Shown here: in pieces, positions 10,885 to 19,066 of the stretch
How positions within the stretch are numbered: position 1 is the first letter of the stretch
How the letters are laid out: each line of letters opens with the position of its first letter
Program-made: the position numbers and the translations under genes
DNA from: an uncultured Desulfarculus sp.
GTDB lineage: Bacteria > Desulfobacterota > Desulfarculia > Desulfarculales > Desulfarculaceae
Direction of reading: 5' to 3'
NCBI GenBank assembly: GCA_963665125.2
Contig: CAXXUK010000001.1
Location: forward strand, 1,248,001 to 1,312,000
Length of the DNA stretch: 64,000 bases
Notes under the pieces: model-generated
The model's input: the letters and a program-made list of their open reading frames with translations, nothing else
What the model was told of the DNA's origin: nothing
Databases searched by the model: none

Positions 10885-10920
10885 GGGGCCTTTCCCACCA
10901 GGGAGAGGCCCCATTCCTTT
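10885..10920 (+). terminator. Probable terminator, originally of gene 7338-9611, now separated from it by the IS
   Basis: GGGGCCTTTCCC-acca-GGGAGAGGCCCC stem followed by ATTCCTTT. Confidence 0.55.
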
Positions 10921-11086
10921 GAACCGGCAATTAAATGCAGGCGTTACAACTCTTGGGCTTGCATTGGCAAATCCAATTAACTATCATGTTTCAATCCTGC
11001 GGGATTACATACAGTATACGATTCAGCCGCCCCTAAAGGGCGTCTGTATAAATCGGCGCCCCGGCGCTATCAACTGGAGGAATATT

Positions 11087-11248
11087 GTGTTTGGAATCGC
11101 TAGCATGGAGTTGTCTTGGGCTTATGTCCTATGCATCTTTGCGTCGTTTATCTGCGTGGTCTATGGCATCGCCAAGTGGAACAGCTCCGGCCCCACCACC
11201 GGCGAATTGAAAACCGAGGCAGAACCGGAAAAGCTCAAACAAACCTAA
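11087..11248 (+). CDS. Small single-TM symporter accessory protein (53 aa)
   Basis: GGAGG RBS plus GTG; MFGI...WAYVLCIFASFICVVYGIAKWN pattern typical of small proteins preceding sodium:solute symporters. Confidence 0.8.
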   Translation: MFGIASMELSWAYVLCIFASFICVVYGIAKWNSSGPTTGELKTEAEPEKLKQT

Positions 11249-11309
11249 GCCCCGGGCTTAGCGTGGCCACGGTGCTTAGCGCTGCACCGGTGGTTTGGGA
11301 GAGGAATTC

Positions 11310-12917
11310 ATGTCACCACTAGTCATCAAGATCATCACCGCTCTAATCTACCTTGCTGTTATTTTCTATTTGGGCCTCAAAGGCTGGAGAGAGACTAAAA
11401 GCGCCAGCGACTACATGCTGGCCGGCCGCCAGATGAACCCCTTTGTCATGGCCATGAGCTATGGCGCGACGTTCATCTCCACATCGGCCATCATCGGATT
11501 CGGCGGCGCCGCCGCCCTGTTCGGCTTTCCCCTGCTATGGCTGACCTTTTTAAACATCTTCGTAGGCATCTTCATAGCCATGGCCTTTTTGGGCAAACGC
11601 ACCCGGCGCATGGGTGTGGCCCTGGACGCGCACACTTTTCCCGAGTTGTTGGGCCAACGGTATCAGTCCCGCTTTATTCAGGGATTTTCCGGCTTGGTCG
11701 TATTTTTGTTTGTTCCCGTGTATGCAGCCGCGGTGCTCATCGGCATCAGCCGCATGCTCGAAGTAAACCTGGCCATACCCTATGACGTGGCCCTCATCGG
11801 GTTCACCTTGATCCTGGCCGTTTACGTCATCACCGGCGGCCTCAAGGCGGTCATGTACACCGACGCCTTCCAGGGCTCGTTGATGTTCGTGATGATGGTG
11901 ATCCTAATCATCTTCACGTATTACACCGTCGGCGGTGTTACCGAAGGCCATCAGGCCCTGACCGACATGGCTCCGATGATGCCCGAAAAACTGCAAAAAG
12001 GCGGCATGCTCGGCTGGACCCAAGGCGCCACGTTTGGTACGCCCCTTTGGCTGACCATCTACACCACCATCGTCTACGGCGTGGGCATCGGCGTGCTGGC
12101 TCAGCCCCAGTTGGCCGTGCGCTTCATGACTGTGCCCAGCGACCGCGAACTCAACCGCGGCGTGCTTTTCGGCGGCGTGTTCATCCTGGCCATGACCGGC
12201 GTGGCCTTTGTGGTGGGCGCCCTGTCCAACGTGGTGTTCTTCCAGAAAATGGGCAAGATCTCCATCGCCGTGGCCGGTGGCAACAGCGACAAGATCATCC
12301 CCGAGTACATCACCCAGATCATGCCCGACTGGTTCGGCATTCTGTTCCTGCTGGCCATGTTCGCCGCGGCCATGAGCACCCTCTCCAGCCAGTTCCATGT
12401 AGGCGGCACCAGCCTGGGCCGCGACTTTGTGGAACGCGGCCTGGCCAAGAAAAACGCCAACGAGGTCCTGATCACCAAGATCGGCATCCTGATCACCATC
12501 GTTCTCACGGTGCTTTGGGGCAAATTCCTGCCGCCCCAGGTCATCGCCAGGGCCACGGCCTTCTTCTTTGGTCTCTGCGCCGCCGCGTTCCTACCGGCCT
12601 TTGTGATGGGCCTGTATTGGAAGGGAATGACCAAGGCCGGAGCCCTTGTTTCAATGGTTGGCGGTTTAGCTGTTTCGATGTTCTACCTGCTGTTCATCCA
12701 CACCAAGGAATCGGCGTCCATCGGCCTGTGCAAGGCCATGTTCGGCGTGGACAGCCTGGCCCAGTTGGCAGTACCAATGAGCAAGCTGTTCATGTTACAG
12801 TGGGTCGACCCGAACATCGTTGCGCTGCCGGTTTCGTTCGTGTTGGCCATCGTTGTCAGTCTTTTCACGCGAAAGATTGATGATGAGCACTTGAATCTCT
12901 GCTGGCGCAATTTGTAG
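11310..12917 (+). CDS. Sodium:solute symporter (SSS) family protein
   Basis: DYMLAGR, GGLKAVMYTDAFQG, QPQLAVRF, AAAMSTLS; about 13 TM segments; GAGG RBS. Confidence 0.93.
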   Translation: MSPLVIKIITALIYLAVIFYLGLKGWRETKSASDYMLAGRQMNPFVMAMSYGATFISTSAIIGFGGAAALFGFPLLWLTFLNIFVGIFIAMAFLGKRTRRMGVALDAHTFPELLGQRYQSRFIQGFSGLVVFLFVPVYAAAVLIGISRMLEVNLAIPYDVALIGFTLILAVYVITGGLKAVMYTDAFQGSLMFVMMVILIIFTYYTVGGVTEGHQALTDMAPMMPEKLQKGGMLGWTQGATFGTPLWLTIYTTIVYGVGIGVLAQPQLAVRFMTVPSDRELNRGVLFGGVFILAMTGVAFVVGALSNVVFFQKMGKISIAVAGGNSDKIIPEYITQIMPDWFGILFLLAMFAAAMSTLSSQFHVGGTSLGRDFVERGLAKKNANEVLITKIGILITIVLTVLWGKFLPPQVIARATAFFFGLCAAAFLPAFVMGLYWKGMTKAGALVSMVGGLAVSMFYLLFIHTKESASIGLCKAMFGVDSLAQLAVPMSKLFMLQWVDPNIVALPVSFVLAIVVSLFTRKIDDEHLNLCWRNL

Positions 12918-12936
12918 AATCTTTCTATGAGAACCG

Positions 12937-12968
12937 GGGGCGCCGGAACGCACCGGCGCCCCTTTTTT
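12937..12968 (+). terminator. Intrinsic terminator
   Basis: GGGGCGCCGG-aacgca-CCGGCGCCCC followed by TTTTTT. Confidence 0.85.
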
Positions 12969-12999
12969 ATTTAGCATGGGCTTGACGCAGAGGATCGCC

Positions 13000-13875
13000 A
13001 TGCAGTTACCCGAAAGCCCCAGACGAGACGGCCAAATTCAGCAAGACAAGAAGCCTTCCCGTCTGCCCTGGATCATCGTATTGGCAATTCTGGCATTTGC
13101 CTGCATTCCGCTTTATTTCATGTGGAAGGCCGGCAACGTCGGAGAACAAACTCTGCAAATGCAAAAGCCTTCAACCGCGGCAACGTCCTCAGTTGCCAAG
13201 GTAACCGTGCCCCCTCCCCCGCCGCCCAGTAAGCAAGGCCCGATCATTGATGTAGAAACCGCTGAAAAACAGCCGCCTGGAGGCGAGCAGGCCCAACGCA
13301 GGGAGCAATTCGGCCTGGATAAATCCGTCGACGTAGTGGTCCGCAGCGATGAAACCATCAAGGTCGGCGACAAGGAGATCTCCGTTTCCGAAGTGGAACG
13401 AAAGCTATCTATCCAGAGCCGGGGTGAAATGATCGAAAAAAAGGCGGACCAGCCCGAGGAAATCAGCGCTTGGGGCTTTCATCTGGTCCGCTCCGACGAA
13501 AACCTGTGGAACATCCATTTTCATCTTTTGCGTGAATACCTGAGCGCCCGCGGCGTCACCCTGCCGCCCAATGCGGATGAGCCCACCGAGATGGGCTATT
13601 CATCCGGCGTTGGCCGAACGCTTAAATTCGCCGAGCACATGGTCGGCGTCTACAATATCCAGACCGGACACATGTCCCGGGACTTGAACACCCTGGACCC
13701 AGGCCAAAAGCTGGTGGTATTCAACCTCAGCGAATTGTTTGGCCAGTTGGCCAAGGTGGATCCTGCGGAACTGTCAAAAGTTCGCTTTGACGGCAGGACC
13801 CTGTTCTTCCCTGTAGATGGAGCCCAAGACATCGTTGGCGAGGGCCAAAAGCCTTCCACTCCGGCCGATCACTAG
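13000..13875 (+). CDS. Membrane-anchored hypothetical protein with interrupted LysM-like motif
   Basis: One N-terminal TM, Pro-rich linker, HLVRSDENLWNI ... DLNTLDPGQKLVV; AGAGGA RBS. Confidence 0.7.
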   Translation: MQLPESPRRDGQIQQDKKPSRLPWIIVLAILAFACIPLYFMWKAGNVGEQTLQMQKPSTAATSSVAKVTVPPPPPPSKQGPIIDVETAEKQPPGGEQAQRREQFGLDKSVDVVVRSDETIKVGDKEISVSEVERKLSIQSRGEMIEKKADQPEEISAWGFHLVRSDENLWNIHFHLLREYLSARGVTLPPNADEPTEMGYSSGVGRTLKFAEHMVGVYNIQTGHMSRDLNTLDPGQKLVVFNLSELFGQLAKVDPAELSKVRFDGRTLFFPVDGAQDIVGEGQKPSTPADH

Positions 13876-13889
13876 CAAAAGAGGTATCC

Positions 13890-14921
13890 ATGCATATAGG
13901 ATTGGTCCACCATCCGATTTTTCAAGAGCACGACCCAGGACGATTCCACGTGGAAACGCCCAGTCGTCTTCGTGTATTGGATCAAGCCATGAGAGGCTGG
14001 CTGGGCCTGCGCAATTGCCAGCGCTTGCCCTTGCGCCCCGCCGAGGAAGAAGAACTGCGCAGGGTGCACCACCCTTCCCACCTTCAGCGCGTCGCCGCCA
14101 CCGAAGGCAAGCACACCGCCCTGGACCAGGACACCGCCACCTCGCCCAAGTCTTACGAGGCCGCGCTTTTGGCCACCGGCAGCCTAATCGACCTCTGCGA
14201 CCGGGTGCTGATGGGCGTCAATTACAACGGCATGGCCATGGTCCGTCCTCCGGGTCACCACGCCACACCGGATCGGGCCATGGGCTTTTGCCTGTTCAAC
14301 AACGTCTCGGTGGCCGCCGCCCACCTGGTGGAGCGCCGCAAGCTGGAACGTGTGTTGATCGTCGATTGGGACGTGCATCACGGTAACGGCACCGAAGACA
14401 TCTTTTATTCGGACGACCGGGTGCTTTATTTCTCCACCCACCAGTCGCCGATGTACCCCGGTTCGGGTCCGGTGAGCGCCGTGGGCAGCGGCTCGGGCAA
14501 GGGCCGCACGGTAAACGTGCCCATGAACGCGGGCCGGGGCGATCTGGAATATATCCGCGTATTCCAGGACATCCTGGTGCCCATCGCCCGGCAGTTCAAG
14601 CCCCAGTTCATTCTTGTCTCGGCCGGGTTCGACGCCCACCACGAAGATCCACTTGGCGGCATGCGCATCACCTCGCAAGGTTTCGCGGCCCTGACCCAGA
14701 TATTGATGGGGCTGTCCATCGAATTTTGCTACGGCAAGCTGGTGATGACCCTGGAGGGCGGCTACGCCGTCTCGGCCCTGGCCCGCAGCGTCATCGCCTG
14801 TCTGGATATACTTTGCGGCAGCCGCCAGGACGATCTGATTGCCCAGGCCAAGGAAGCCGAACCGCCCAAGGCCGTGGAGCGGGTCAAAGAGGTTCAAAAG
14901 AGCTATTGGGAATTTGATTAG
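13890..14921 (+). CDS. Zn-dependent histone deacetylase family protein
   Basis: RPPGHHA, GFCLFNN, DWDVHHGNGT, SAGFDAH, LEGGY. Confidence 0.95.
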   Translation: MHIGLVHHPIFQEHDPGRFHVETPSRLRVLDQAMRGWLGLRNCQRLPLRPAEEEELRRVHHPSHLQRVAATEGKHTALDQDTATSPKSYEAALLATGSLIDLCDRVLMGVNYNGMAMVRPPGHHATPDRAMGFCLFNNVSVAAAHLVERRKLERVLIVDWDVHHGNGTEDIFYSDDRVLYFSTHQSPMYPGSGPVSAVGSGSGKGRTVNVPMNAGRGDLEYIRVFQDILVPIARQFKPQFILVSAGFDAHHEDPLGGMRITSQGFAALTQILMGLSIEFCYGKLVMTLEGGYAVSALARSVIACLDILCGSRQDDLIAQAKEAEPPKAVERVKEVQKSYWEFD

Positions 14922-14932
14922 CAGTCCATTCA

Positions 14933-14959
14933 GGGGCCTGCCTGTTATGGGCAGGCCTC
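14933..14959 (+). terminator. Stem-loop after HDAC gene
   Basis: GGGGCCTGCCTG...TGGGCAGGCCTC. Confidence 0.5.
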
Positions 14960-15010
14960 GCTGATTCTTTCACCATATTTTTTTAGCGCACCAGGGGAAG
15001 ACGCACAAGC

Positions 15011-16231
15011 ATGCCCACAGAACCAGTAATGACCACCAGGAAACCCGGCAGGATTCTATCAATTGACATCACTCGCGGTTTCGCCCTGATTTGCATGGTG
15101 CTGGTGCACTTCATGATCTATTACGGCAACGATGAGGCGGAAAAAAGCTTTTTCTATTTCTTCTTCAATGACGGGCTGGCCGACTGGGGCGCGGCTGTAT
15201 TCCTGATGATGATGGGCATGAGCCAGGTGCTCTCGGCCAAGCGGCGGCATGAGGGCGACCTCTGGCTCACCTTCAAACGCATCCTGTTGCGCGGCGTCTA
15301 CCTGTTCGTCGTTGGCCTGATCATGCTGATTTTGGCCTTCGGGCCCGGCGAAATGTGGCGCTGGGACATCCTCACCCTGATGGGTTTCGCCACGGTCGTT
15401 CTTTTCTTCTGCCGCTTTTTGCCCTCGTGGTTGCTGCTGGTCATTGTGGCGGCCATAGCGTTCTCCTCGCCGCTGGTGCGCGGGTCCATTGACCTGACCG
15501 CCGCCTGGGGCAATGAATTTGTCCCCACAAACTGGATATCAAACTACCTGCCCGGATTTTTCGTGGACCCCAAGGCCGATTACATGGCCGTGTGGGATTT
15601 TGAGCGCATCGTCAAGGGCTTTTTCCTGTCGGGCTACTTCCCGGTTCTGCCCTGGATAATGTTTTCCATAATCGGCTTTGTGCTTGGCCGCCGCCTGGTG
15701 GCCGACCGCCTGCGCCACGATCTGCCTTTTCTGGTGATCATCGGGGCCCTGTGCCTGCTAATCGGCGCCGGCGGAGCAGTGGCGGGCAAGGCCGTACCGC
15801 CTTCGGCCGTGGTTAACGGCTATATTTCACCGCTGAGCTTTTATCCCGATTCTTTCACCATGATCAACATCCAGAGCGGCATGTCTTTAATCGGGTTCAG
15901 CTTTATTTTTTGGTGCTACGACGTGCGCAAAAAGGACCAAATACTTGGTCCTCTGGCCCGCTTGTTCAGCCGCACCAGCCGCTTCAGCCTGACGTTCTAC
16001 TTCAGCCACTACATGCTGCTTGGCTGGCCGTTGATCGGCATCTACCTGGTCACGGGCAAAAACCCCATTGAGGACTTTGTGGGGGCCGTCCCCGCCCTGC
16101 TTTGCGGCCTGGCGACGATCGTGGTCCTTGAAGTCGCTCTGTACTTCTGGGAAAAGGCCGGAGCAAAATTCAGTTTGGAGTGGATTCTGGGCATGCTTAC
16201 GATCAGCTTGATCAAGGATAAAAAGGCCTGA
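15011..16231 (+). CDS. Multi-TM acyltransferase-like protein (HGSNAT/DUF1624-type)
   Basis: RILSIDITRGFALICMVLVH, WDIL..MGF, YFPVLPW, SLTFYFSH. Confidence 0.8.
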   Translation: MPTEPVMTTRKPGRILSIDITRGFALICMVLVHFMIYYGNDEAEKSFFYFFFNDGLADWGAAVFLMMMGMSQVLSAKRRHEGDLWLTFKRILLRGVYLFVVGLIMLILAFGPGEMWRWDILTLMGFATVVLFFCRFLPSWLLLVIVAAIAFSSPLVRGSIDLTAAWGNEFVPTNWISNYLPGFFVDPKADYMAVWDFERIVKGFFLSGYFPVLPWIMFSIIGFVLGRRLVADRLRHDLPFLVIIGALCLLIGAGGAVAGKAVPPSAVVNGYISPLSFYPDSFTMINIQSGMSLIGFSFIFWCYDVRKKDQILGPLARLFSRTSRFSLTFYFSHYMLLGWPLIGIYLVTGKNPIEDFVGAVPALLCGLATIVVLEVALYFWEKAGAKFSLEWILGMLTISLIKDKKA

Positions 16232-16266
16232 CCGGAAAAACCATGCGGCTATCAAGGCGGGCCGGG

Positions 16267-16641
16267 TTAGCGCTTGGCCTGCTTTCTTTTTTCCAGGTAT
16301 TTGCCCAGGCCGTCCAGGGAATAATATGCGGCGGGAATGTAGTAGAAGATAAATAATAACGGATACGCACCTCTATAAAAAGATGAATCACTTGTTGCAA
16401 TTAAAAGCAAAACCGGAGATGTGTATGTTAACAACCGATAATAATCAACAAACCATTTGATTTTCTTTACTCGTTCATTTCTTTTTAATGTTTTATCTTT
16501 CAGTATTTGTTGTGGCCCAAATTTAAATATAGCCCATATAGAAACCGGCAAAATGATAAGCGTTGGCAAAATGCCAATATTAGTGAAACTGACAAAGCTC
16601 GACACTATCTCAACTGCATCTACAAGCAATTGTCTAAACAT
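16267..16641 (-). CDS. Small 3-TM membrane protein, immunity-like paralog 2
   Basis: 124 aa, three hydrophobic segments; shares EIxSxFVxFTNIG and GxYxLxFxxxYxPAxYxSL with 16658-17068. Confidence 0.75.
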   Translation of the reverse strand: MFRQLLVDAVEIVSSFVSFTNIGILPTLIILPVSIWAIFKFGPQQILKDKTLKRNERVKKIKWFVDYYRLLTYTSPVLLLIATSDSSFYRGAYPLLFIFYYIPAAYYSLDGLGKYLEKRKQAKR

Positions 16642-16657
16642 AACAGCGGCGTCCTAA

Positions 16658-17068
16658 TCAGTCTTGCGAGTCATCGAAGTCTTTTGGGTAGCGATGGCCT
16701 AGAAAGATATAGTGTAGACTCAAATAGAGAGCAGGCAAATAAAATCCCAGAAAAAATAAAGCATATATTCCATCACTCCGTGGAGAACCGATCATTATTA
16801 AGAAAACACCTAATGCAGCTATATATGGTCGAGATTTTAATGTAAATTCGGCAATCTCAAGATTAATCTTTCTTTGCGAATTTATAATTCCAGACATATC
16901 TTGATTCTTTATAATAGATTTTTTATAGACAATCCACTTAGGACGAAGTATCCGATCAATAACTAGAGAGATTATAAGTAAAATAATGGTGGAAGCAACA
17001 CCGATATTAGTGAAATCCACAAAGTTACTTATTATCTCATGAAATCTGGCAATCAAATCATTTATCAT
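16658..17068 (-). CDS. Small 3-TM membrane protein, immunity-like paralog 1
   Basis: 136 aa from ATG 17068 (AGAGGA RBS); paralog of the downstream ORF. Confidence 0.75.
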   Translation of the reverse strand: MINDLIARFHEIISNFVDFTNIGVASTIILLIISLVIDRILRPKWIVYKKSIIKNQDMSGIINSQRKINLEIAEFTLKSRPYIAALGVFLIMIGSPRSDGIYALFFLGFYLPALYLSLHYIFLGHRYPKDFDDSQD

Positions 17069-17095
17069 ATACCATCCTCTTGGTGCGGTGAACAA

Positions 17096-18139
17096 TTATT
17101 GTCCTTTTGGGATAAATCCATCGTGATTATTATAATCATCAAATTCTTTTTTAACATCTTTAACCATCTCTACTAGAGAGCTGAACGTGCCAGGCAAATT
17201 GTTGATTGCAATTGCCTTACCTAATATATACCCCGCAAGAACTCCTACACCTAGTTTGTCTATAACTAAAAGCCACAAAATATCCTCCAGAACAACCGAA
17301 GCAACACCGGTCAAGACAATTCCTGAAACTTTTAACACCAAACAAACCGTATCGAAAATCTCCTTATGTTCGGCTGTATATGACATAATATCGGATGAAA
17401 CGAATGCCCAGTCATTACAAGCAGAAGGAAATATAATTAGAAACTCTTCCGCGGCATTCTTGACTATATCATATGCACCCTGAAGTTCTGTATTGTCAAC
17501 CTTTACTTCTATCCCACCTCTTCCTACACTTTCAATTGTCCTATCAGTCGATTTCTTTAACGCACCTTTCTCGGGGATTATTTTTTCTTTAATTCCCTTT
17601 GCTTTTTTAAGCTCAAGGTCGATCCTGCGAAGCTTTTCACGTCTCCTGTCCAACTCTCTGCTAAAATTAACCCTAAATTGTTTTAACATACGTTCATATT
17701 CTTGTATCATCATCTGTGTCTTGACCTCCAGCTGAAGTAAGACACGTTTTTTAACATATATGGCTCCATCCTCCCCAACTACGTCCACAAAATAGCTAGA
17801 GTATAATTCCGCAACCGCGTCTAAACCTTCAAAATAAAACTGACCACTATCTTTCATCCGGAGCACTACCTGATAGGTATTTTCATCTTTTTTACCAAAC
17901 AAACCAATAGTCAACTCCGCGTCTTTGCCAGCAACACGCCAGCTAATAATATTTATATCCATGCAGCGAATTGCATCAGTAATTAGCGGATGTTTTTCGA
18001 TGACCATTTCAGTGATTGACTTCAACCATTCCCCTGCGCTTAAACCTAATTTCTCTTTTTGTGTAGTATTAAGTACGCCCATTGCCGAATAATCATCCAG
18101 TATAGTTCCCTTGCCTTTTTTTAATCTATCGCTATACAT
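17096..18139 (-). CDS. Hypothetical protein: N-terminal globular domain, coiled coil, C-terminal hydrophobic hairpin (candidate membrane-active toxin)
   Basis: 347 aa from ATG 18139 (GAGG RBS, overlaps upstream stop); C-terminal VCLVLKVSGIVLTGVASVV...LGVGVLAGYILGKAIAI. Confidence 0.7.
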   Translation of the reverse strand: MYSDRLKKGKGTILDDYSAMGVLNTTQKEKLGLSAGEWLKSITEMVIEKHPLITDAIRCMDINIISWRVAGKDAELTIGLFGKKDENTYQVVLRMKDSGQFYFEGLDAVAELYSSYFVDVVGEDGAIYVKKRVLLQLEVKTQMMIQEYERMLKQFRVNFSRELDRRREKLRRIDLELKKAKGIKEKIIPEKGALKKSTDRTIESVGRGGIEVKVDNTELQGAYDIVKNAAEEFLIIFPSACNDWAFVSSDIMSYTAEHKEIFDTVCLVLKVSGIVLTGVASVVLEDILWLLVIDKLGVGVLAGYILGKAIAINNLPGTFSSLVEMVKDVKKEFDDYNNHDGFIPKGQ

Positions 18140-18596
18140 CGAGTACCTCTTTGTAACTATTATCAATGGATAATATAATTTTGTTGACCTTTTCTGATTC
18201 GCTTTCCTTAATATTAAAATTGACAACAAATCTGAATCCACTTCCCTGCATTTTCATGGGTATCGATACATTGCCATCGTCATCCACTTCTGGTTCGCCG
18301 TCTTCATCGAAATAGCTTAAAACATCATCAAGCGAATGAATCTTTTCCTTGATCACCCCCTGCACGACTTGGTGGCGGTATTCCAGCCAATCCTCAACCC
18401 CAGTCTTAATGCATTCCCTCTTCACTCCTGCTTCATCTGCAATATGATCGAGCACGCCTTGCACAAGGTTGTCCACCAGCAAGCGGCCGTCGCTATCGAA
18501 TTCCATTTTCAGTGAAGCCGTTGATTTTATCGCTCGCGGCTGTAACAGCAGTTTTCCATTGGTAGGGTCGTTCTGGTACAGGCTTATCTTGACCAT
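18132..18596 (-). CDS. Hypothetical acidic soluble protein, first gene of the AT-rich cassette
   Basis: 154 aa, AAGGA RBS, translationally coupled to the next gene. Confidence 0.72.
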   Translation of the reverse strand: MVKISLYQNDPTNGKLLLQPRAIKSTASLKMEFDSDGRLLVDNLVQGVLDHIADEAGVKRECIKTGVEDWLEYRHQVVQGVIKEKIHSLDDVLSYFDEDGEPEVDDDGNVSIPMKMQGSGFRFVVNFNIKESESEKVNKIILSIDNSYKEVLDV

Positions 18597-18771
18597 TTAC
18601 TCGTCCTTTTCTCTTGCCGGTGCATCCGGTATATTGCGGCCATGCTACCGGCGCTGCCCGACGCGGGCGCGTGAAGCGGCTCAACAAAGCATCGCCGCCC
18701 CGCCCTTGCGCGGTGGGCTGGCCCGTGCTAAAACCTCTCATGCCTAAGTAAGGTTAAGGAGGCCTTTTCAG

Positions 18772-19056
18772 ATGAAAATCAGCGCTGACGAAGTGGCCCA
18801 CGTGGCCCGCCTGGCCCGGCTGGACCTGAGCCGGGATATGACCGAAATGCTCACCGGCCAGATGAACGACATCCTGACCTATATGGACAAGTTCGCCGAG
18901 CTGGACACCAGCGGCGTGCAGCCCACCACCCACGCCCTGCAACTGACCGGAGCCATGCGCGAAGACGAGACCAGCCCCAGCCTTGAGCGCGGCAAGGCCC
19001 TGGCCAATGCGCCCCAAAGCAACGGCGAGAGCTTCATCGTTCCTAAGGTCATATAA
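18772..19056 (+). CDS. gatC: Asp/Glu-tRNA amidotransferase subunit C
   Basis: [30 protein letters not shown]...FIVPKVI; AAGGAGG RBS. Confidence 0.97.
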   Translation: MKISADEVAHVARLARLDLSRDMTEMLTGQMNDILTYMDKFAELDTSGVQPTTHALQLTGAMREDETSPSLERGKALANAPQSNGESFIVPKVI

Positions 19057-19066
19057 GGCGGCAACC

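Noticed and set aside
10781..11086. N-terminal extension of the 155-aa ORF
   Set aside because: Runs through the IS end and terminator; the supported start is GTG 11087
17096..18596. Single frameshifted gene spanning the 154-aa and 347-aa ORFs
   Set aside because: The second ORF has its own GAGG RBS and an ATG overlapping the upstream stop, which fits translational coupling; no slippery site is apparent
18641..18652. ops-like element GCCGGTAGCATG in the leader of the AT-rich cassette
   Set aside because: Mismatch in the conserved core, similar words occur by chance elsewhere (near 40142), and no RfaH-like gene is visible
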